DNA of 24,000 nucleotides from Anaerolineae bacterium. Lineage in GTDB: Bacteria > Chloroflexota > Anaerolineae > DRVO01. The stretch is from NCBI GenBank assembly GCA_034436255.1, contig DAOTVV010000048.1, positions 7,320 to 31,319 of the forward strand, written 5' to 3'. The stretch's first letter is position 1. Each line of letters begins with the position of its first letter. Positions 20,301-24,000 of this stretch are shown piece by piece. The notes beneath the pieces are model-generated. The model was not told the DNA's origin. It worked only from the letters and a program-made list of their open reading frames with translations, and did not search any database. A program made the translations under genes and the position numbers.

Positions 20301-20340
20301 GAAGGGGAGCCAGCCACCAGGGCCGGCTCCCCTTCTTTGC
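20301..20340 (+). terminator. Intrinsic-terminator-like hairpin ending the dcw operon
   Basis: GAAGGGGAGCC (20301-20311) pairs with GGCTCCCCTTC (20325-20335), followed by TTTGC. It lies 33 nt after the ftsZ stop. Confidence 0.65.
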
Positions 20341-20411
20341 GAGCCCAAGCGGCTGGCTGCGGTTGCGTGCAAAACTTAAGCTCGTTATGTCTTGATTGAG
20401 TCGCCAGCCTA

Positions 20412-20441
20412 TTGACTATGAGCTTCGGACGGCGGTATACT
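20412..20441 (+). promoter_or_regulatory. Candidate sigma70-type promoter of the nrdR-nrdJ operon
   Basis: TTGACT (20412-20417), 18-nt spacer, TATACT (20436-20441). Confidence 0.5.
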
Positions 20442-20445
20442 GAGC

Positions 20446-20461
20446 CTACTACATCTAGTAG
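20446..20461 (+). promoter_or_regulatory. Candidate NrdR box (16-bp near-palindrome)
   Basis: CTACTACATCTAGTAG has 7 of 8 palindromic pairs. Its core CtAcATcTaG fits the published NrdR-box consensus acaCwAtATaTwGtgt. It starts 5 nt after the -10 hexamer, overlapping the expected transcription start. Confidence 0.5.
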
Positions 20462-20517
20462 TTAACTGCTCGCGTTACACAACCCGTTGATTGCCAGTTC
20501 GCGCAAGGAGTCGCCGC

Positions 20518-20979
20518 TTGAACTGCCCCTTCTGTGGAACGTCCGAGCTTCGTGTCCTCGATACGCGTGATACTGAAGATGGCGTGCGCAGGCGCCGCGA
20601 ATGTGCTGTCTGTCACCGTCGCTTCACGACCTACGAGCGCATAGCGCCAGTTGTGTGGGTCATCAAGCGCGACGGGCGGCGAGAGGAGTTCGATCCGGAG
20701 AAGATCGGGGATGGGGTGCGCAAAGCCTGTGCTAAGCGGCCAGTACCTACCGAGGTGCTGCAGCGGTTGGTGCAGGAGGTGCAGGACGCAGTGCTCGGAC
20801 TGAATCGGGCTGAGGTGTCCAGCAAGGTCATCGGTGACCTGGTGATGGAAAGGCTGCGCGCGATAGATGAGATCGCGTACGTGCGCTTCGCCTCGGTCTA
20901 CGTCCCGCTCGCCGACCTGGAGAGTATACGGAACGAGATTGATCGCATGATGCAGATGCGTCGAAATGGGGAGGGCTAG
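20518..20979 (+). CDS. nrdR: Transcriptional repressor NrdR (zinc ribbon plus ATP-cone)
   Basis: (M)NCPFCGTSELRVLDTRDTEDG..RRRRECAVCHRRFTTYE zinc ribbon followed by an ATP-cone (VIKRDGRREEFDPEKI...). TTG 20518 has a perfect AAGGAG 7 nt upstream and reproduces the canonical M-x-CPxC N-terminus. The longest ORF starts at 20491. Confidence 0.95.
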   Translation: MNCPFCGTSELRVLDTRDTEDGVRRRRECAVCHRRFTTYERIAPVVWVIKRDGRREEFDPEKIGDGVRKACAKRPVPTEVLQRLVQEVQDAVLGLNRAEVSSKVIGDLVMERLRAIDEIAYVRFASVYVPLADLESIRNEIDRMMQMRRNGEG

Positions 20980-20985
20980 ATAGAT

Positions 20986-23331
20986 ATGGAGGCTGAGCCG
21001 ATGGTAAGCCGGGTGCACAGGGAGCGTTTGGCGGGGCCGGTGCTCAACGACAATGCGCGCCAACTCTTGGAGCGGCGATATCTACGCAAGGATGAGACCG
21101 GAGCCGTGGCTGAGACGCCGGAGCAGATGTTCCGCCGCGTGGCGGTCGCCGTGGCCGCTGCCGAGCGCGAGTATGACCTGTCACCGGACATTGATGCCCT
21201 TGCGGACGAGTTCTATCAGTTGATGGTCAGCTTCGATTTCCTGCCGAACTCGCCGACTCTAATGAACGCCGGCACCAGCCTGGGCCAACTGAGCGCCTGT
21301 TTCGTCCTGCCGGTCGAGGATGATATGGCCAGTATCTTCAATGCGGTGCGGGACACTGCGCTGATTCACCAAAGCGGCGGCGGCACGGGCTTCAGTTTCT
21401 CCCGCTTGCGCCCGGCGGGGGATGTAGTGCGTTCCACCGGCGGCATCGCCAGCGGCCCGATCTCTTTCATGAAGGTTTTCGATGCAGCCACAGATGTGAT
21501 CAAGCAGGGTGGCAGGCGCCGCGGCGCCAACATGGGCATCCTGCGCGTAGACCACCCCGACATACTGGAGTTCATAGACTGCAAGAGCCAGGAGGGCGTT
21601 CTCTCCAATTTCAACATCTCAGTGGCGGCCACCGAGGCCTTCATGCAAGCTGTGGAGAAGGGCGAGAAGTATGCCCTTATCAACCCGCGCACGGGCCAGG
21701 CAAGCGGTTTCTTAGAGGCGCGAGAGGTGTTCCGGCGCATAATAGATGCTGCCTGGCGCAACGGTGAACCCGGCCTCATATTCCTGGACCGCATGAACCA
21801 GTTTAACCCGACGCCCAACCTCGGTCTCTATGAGTCCACCAACCCCTGTGGCGAGCAGGTACTGCTCCCCAATGAAAGCTGCAACCTCGGCTCAATCAAC
21901 TTGAGCCACATGACGGCCGGCGGCCGGATTGACTGGGAGCGCCTGCGCTACGTGACGGACATGGCCGTGCACTTCCTGGACAATGTGATCAGCGTCAACC
22001 GTTTCCCCTTGCCCGAGATCAGGGAGGCCACGCTCAATACGCGCAAAATCGGCCTCGGGGTGATGGGCTTCGCCGACATGCTCTTCCGGCTTGGCGTCCC
22101 TTACGACTCTGAGGAAGCGGAAGCGGTTGCGCACAGCGTGATGGAGGCGGTCGCGTTCTGGAGCAAAGAGGCATCGGTGGAGTTGGCGACAAGGCGCGGG
22201 CCGTTCCCGGCTTTCCGCGGCTCCACCTACGAGCGAGGTGAGTTCCCGCTGCAGTTGGGAGACTGGCCGAGGATGGCCGGTGCTCCCCGGTTCGACTGGC
22301 AGGCGCTTCAGGAGCGCGCCAGCAAGCAGGGGGTGCGCAACGCTACGACTACAACCATTGCCCCCACCGGTTCTATCAGTTTTGTCGCCGGCTGCAGCAG
22401 CGGCATAGAGCCGGTATTCGCCCTGGCGTTCACGCGCACCGTCCTGGATGGGCGCCAGTTCGTCGAGACAAACCCGGCGTTCGAGGAGGTGCTGAAGGAG
22501 CGTGGCTACTACAGCGAGGCGCTCATCAACCAGGTGGCCGTCAGCGGTTCGCTCGAGGGCACTGAGGCTCCCGATGAACTGAAGCGCCTGTTCGTCACAG
22601 CGCACCAAGTATCACCCGAATGGCATGTACGCCTCCAGGCAGCGTTCCAACGCTTCACCGACAATGCCGTCAGCAAGACGATCAATTTCGCCAACAGCGC
22701 GACTGTTGACGATGTCGCCACTGCTTTCAGGCTGGCTTTTCAGCTTGGCTGCAAAGGCATCACGGTATATCGGGATGGCAGCCGGCAGGCCCAGGTGCTC
22801 ACCAAGGGTACGCAGACGAAGAAGGAGCCGGAACCACAACCGGCGGCCGCCAGCCCTGCAAAGGACCCCAGGCGCCCGCGGCCGGCCCTCACCCACGGGA
22901 CGACCGAAGGCGTCCCACTCGGATGCGGGCGGAAGGTGTACATCACGATCAACGAAGACGAGGTCGGGCTGTGCGAAGTGTTCCTGCAGATGGGAAAGAG
23001 CGGAGGCTGCACTGCCTCCCAGTCTGAGGCCATCGGCCGCCTGATCTCACTGATCCTGCGTTCGGGCATTGATGTTGAGCCGGTGATCGAGCAACTCAAG
23101 GGCATCCGTTGCCCGTCGCCGACGTGGCACAAGGGTACCCTGATCCTGTCCTGTGCGGATGCCATCGCTAAGGCTCTCGAGCACTACGTCGGCAAGAACG
23201 GCAGCCGCCAGTTGAAGCCCGGCGCATCCAAAGTGGACCTGAGCCCGGAGTGCCCTGAGTGCGGCTCGATCCTGCAGTTCAAAGAGGGCTGTGTCGTCTG
23301 CCCGAATTGCGGCTACAGCCACTGTTCATAA
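20986..23331 (+). CDS. nrdJ: Adenosylcobalamin-dependent ribonucleoside-diphosphate/triphosphate reductase, class II (NrdJ)
   Basis: Motifs LPNSPTLMNAG, QSGGGTGFSFS, active-site NPCGEQ...ESCNLGSINL, TIAPTGSIS, SKTINF. A Pro/Lys-rich linker (~22800-22890) is followed by a TSCPD-like segment (LSCADAIAKAL) and a terminal CPECG...CVVCPNCG zinc-ribbon tail, as described for many class II RNRs. The alternative ATG 21001 has GGAGG 8 nt upstream. Confidence 0.95.
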   Translation: MEAEPMVSRVHRERLAGPVLNDNARQLLERRYLRKDETGAVAETPEQMFRRVAVAVAAAEREYDLSPDIDALADEFYQLMVSFDFLPNSPTLMNAGTSLGQLSACFVLPVEDDMASIFNAVRDTALIHQSGGGTGFSFSRLRPAGDVVRSTGGIASGPISFMKVFDAATDVIKQGGRRRGANMGILRVDHPDILEFIDCKSQEGVLSNFNISVAATEAFMQAVEKGEKYALINPRTGQASGFLEAREVFRRIIDAAWRNGEPGLIFLDRMNQFNPTPNLGLYESTNPCGEQVLLPNESCNLGSINLSHMTAGGRIDWERLRYVTDMAVHFLDNVISVNRFPLPEIREATLNTRKIGLGVMGFADMLFRLGVPYDSEEAEAVAHSVMEAVAFWSKEASVELATRRGPFPAFRGSTYERGEFPLQLGDWPRMAGAPRFDWQALQERASKQGVRNATTTTIAPTGSISFVAGCSSGIEPVFALAFTRTVLDGRQFVETNPAFEEVLKERGYYSEALINQVAVSGSLEGTEAPDELKRLFVTAHQVSPEWHVRLQAAFQRFTDNAVSKTINFANSATVDDVATAFRLAFQLGCKGITVYRDGSRQAQVLTKGTQTKKEPEPQPAAASPAKDPRRPRPALTHGTTEGVPLGCGRKVYITINEDEVGLCEVFLQMGKSGGCTASQSEAIGRLISLILRSGIDVEPVIEQLKGIRCPSPTWHKGTLILSCADAIAKALEHYVGKNGSRQLKPGASKVDLSPECPECGSILQFKEGCVVCPNCGYSHCS

Positions 23332-23354
23332 AAGCGAGCGCAGTCGGAGACGTG

Positions 23355-23398
23355 CAGAGGCGACGCTGTTGGCGTCGCCTCTGTGGTGCGCCCACCAC
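23355..23398 (+). terminator. Tandem hairpins after nrdJ (possible terminator, no clear U-tract)
   Basis: CAGAGGCGACGC (23355-23366) pairs with GCGTCGCCTCTG (23372-23383). A second small hairpin follows directly: GTGGTG (23383-23388) with CACCAC (23393-23398). Confidence 0.4.
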
Positions 23399-23421
23399 TG
23401 TAAGCGAATGAGGCAGCAAGT

Positions 23422-24000
23422 ATGAGTAGTTGGCCGCTGACGCAGAAAGCGAGAGCCTTGCTGCAGCGGGAACAGGGCGCCATCGTCCGGGATTGGGGAG
23501 GACGTCTCCCGATCGTGCTGATTTACCCCAATAGCTACTACGTTGGTATGAGCAGCCTCGGTTTTCAGACCGTATACGGGCTGTTCAACTCCTTCAGCGA
23601 CATCATCTGCGAGCGCGCTTTCCTTAACCTCGGCCGGGGCGAGTCCGACGTCGAGCCAATAAGCCTCGAGTCCCAGCGGCCACTTCAGGACTTCCCGGTT
23701 GTCGGGTTTTCGCTCTCCTACGAGTTGGACTATGCCAACATGATTCGCATCCTGCGCGCTGCCGGCATCCCTCCGTTGGCGGATGAGCGTCGCCTGTCGA
23801 CCCTGGTGATCGCCGGCGGCCCGGCGGTGACTGCTAACCCAGCGCCCATTGCCCCGATTGTCGACGCCATCATGATTGGCGAAGTCGAAGAGACCATGCC
23901 AGCCTTAGTGCGTGCACTGGAAGCAACGATAGAGTCGGGAGCGCTGCTTCAGCCGCTGGCAGAAGTACCCGGGCTGTATGTGCCGGCGATTCATCACAGC
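23422..24000 (+). CDS. Radical SAM family protein, N-terminal B12-binding-like domain (3' end outside window)
   Basis: Not in the supplied ORF track because it runs off the window. My own translation from ATG 23422 is open to base 24000: MSSWPLTQKARALLQREQGAIVRDWGGRLPIVLIYPNSYYVGMSSLGFQTVYGLFN...VVGFSLSYELDYANMIRILRAAGIPPLADER...LVIAGGPAVTANP. The IVLIYPNSYYVGMSSLGFQ and GFSLSYE patterns are typical of the uncharacterised B12-binding-domain radical SAM family. The CxxxCxxC cluster would lie beyond the window. Confidence 0.7.
   Translation, partial: MSSWPLTQKARALLQREQGAIVRDWGGRLPIVLIYPNSYYVGMSSLGFQTVYGLFNSFSDIICERAFLNLGRGESDVEPISLESQRPLQDFPVVGFSLSYELDYANMIRILRAAGIPPLADERRLSTLVIAGGPAVTANPAPIAPIVDAIMIGEVEETMPALVRALEATIESGALLQPLAEVPGLYVPAIHHS

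Noticed and set aside
20372-20387. Second NrdR box candidate AAACTTAAGCTCGTTA
   Set aside because: Only the outer C/G positions and a few others fit the consensus. The central AT-rich core is not matched. It also lies about 75 bp from the good box rather than the usual ~31-32 bp, and upstream of the -35 element.
20269-20517. Possible cobalamin riboswitch upstream of the B12-dependent RNR operon, and likewise 23332-23421 upstream of the B12-domain radical SAM gene
   Set aside because: The predicted 5' UTR is about 70 nt and the nrdJ-to-radical-SAM spacer is about 90 nt, both too short for a cobalamin riboswitch. I see no B12-box-like conserved core. B12 riboswitches normally control B12-independent alternatives or transport and synthesis genes.
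20455-21063. 202-aa minus-strand ORF covering nrdR
   Set aside because: It is antisense to a gene with an intact NrdR zinc ribbon and ATP-cone, and shows no features of its own.
21892-22608. 238-aa minus-strand ORF antisense to nrdJ
   Set aside because: Shadow ORF inside nrdJ.
20986-23331. Intein or other insertion in nrdJ, a frequent intein host
   Set aside because: The protein is 781 aa, within the normal range. Catalytic motifs follow one another at normal spacing, with no Cys/Ser-His-Asn splice-junction blocks or homing endonuclease motifs. The low-complexity Pro/Lys linker and C-terminal Cys-rich tail are known features of class II RNRs.

Overview
High-GC window, all confidently called genes on the + strand. 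It is dominated by a near-complete division/cell-wall (dcw) cluster: mraZ-rsmH-ftsL-ftsI-murF-mraY-murD-ftsW-murG-(CvpA-like membrane protein)-murC-murB-ddl-ftsQ-(Sbp/DUF1290-like membrane protein)-ftsA-ftsZ. This appears to be one ~17 kb tightly coupled transcription unit, from a TTGTTG-N17-TATAAT promoter at 2931-2959 to a hairpin terminator at 20301-20340. Upstream are central-metabolism genes: the 3' end of an ADP-forming acetyl-CoA synthetase, a stand-alone Pta-N-terminal/DRTGG protein, and enolase with a perfect 34-bp palindromic terminator. Downstream is an nrdR-nrdJ (class II, B12-dependent RNR) operon with its own promoter and an NrdR box, then the 5' end of a B12-binding-domain radical SAM gene. 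I see no CRISPR array, mobile element, tRNA/rRNA, toxin-antitoxin or recognisable defence system, and no stretch of unexplained coding capacity, so this reads as a conserved core region rather than an accessory island. The points worth a second look are modest: murE is absent from the cluster, two small membrane proteins are inserted in it, there is a 10-bp-phased GTGG repeat operator candidate for MraZ, an NrdR box overlaps the nrdR promoter, and a catalytic-domain-less Pta-like protein sits next to the ADP-forming acetyl-CoA synthetase. Gene content hints at a Terrabacteria lineage such as Chloroflexota, but that is a guess. Several longest-ORF starts in the supplied track are probably too far upstream; revised starts are given per feature.
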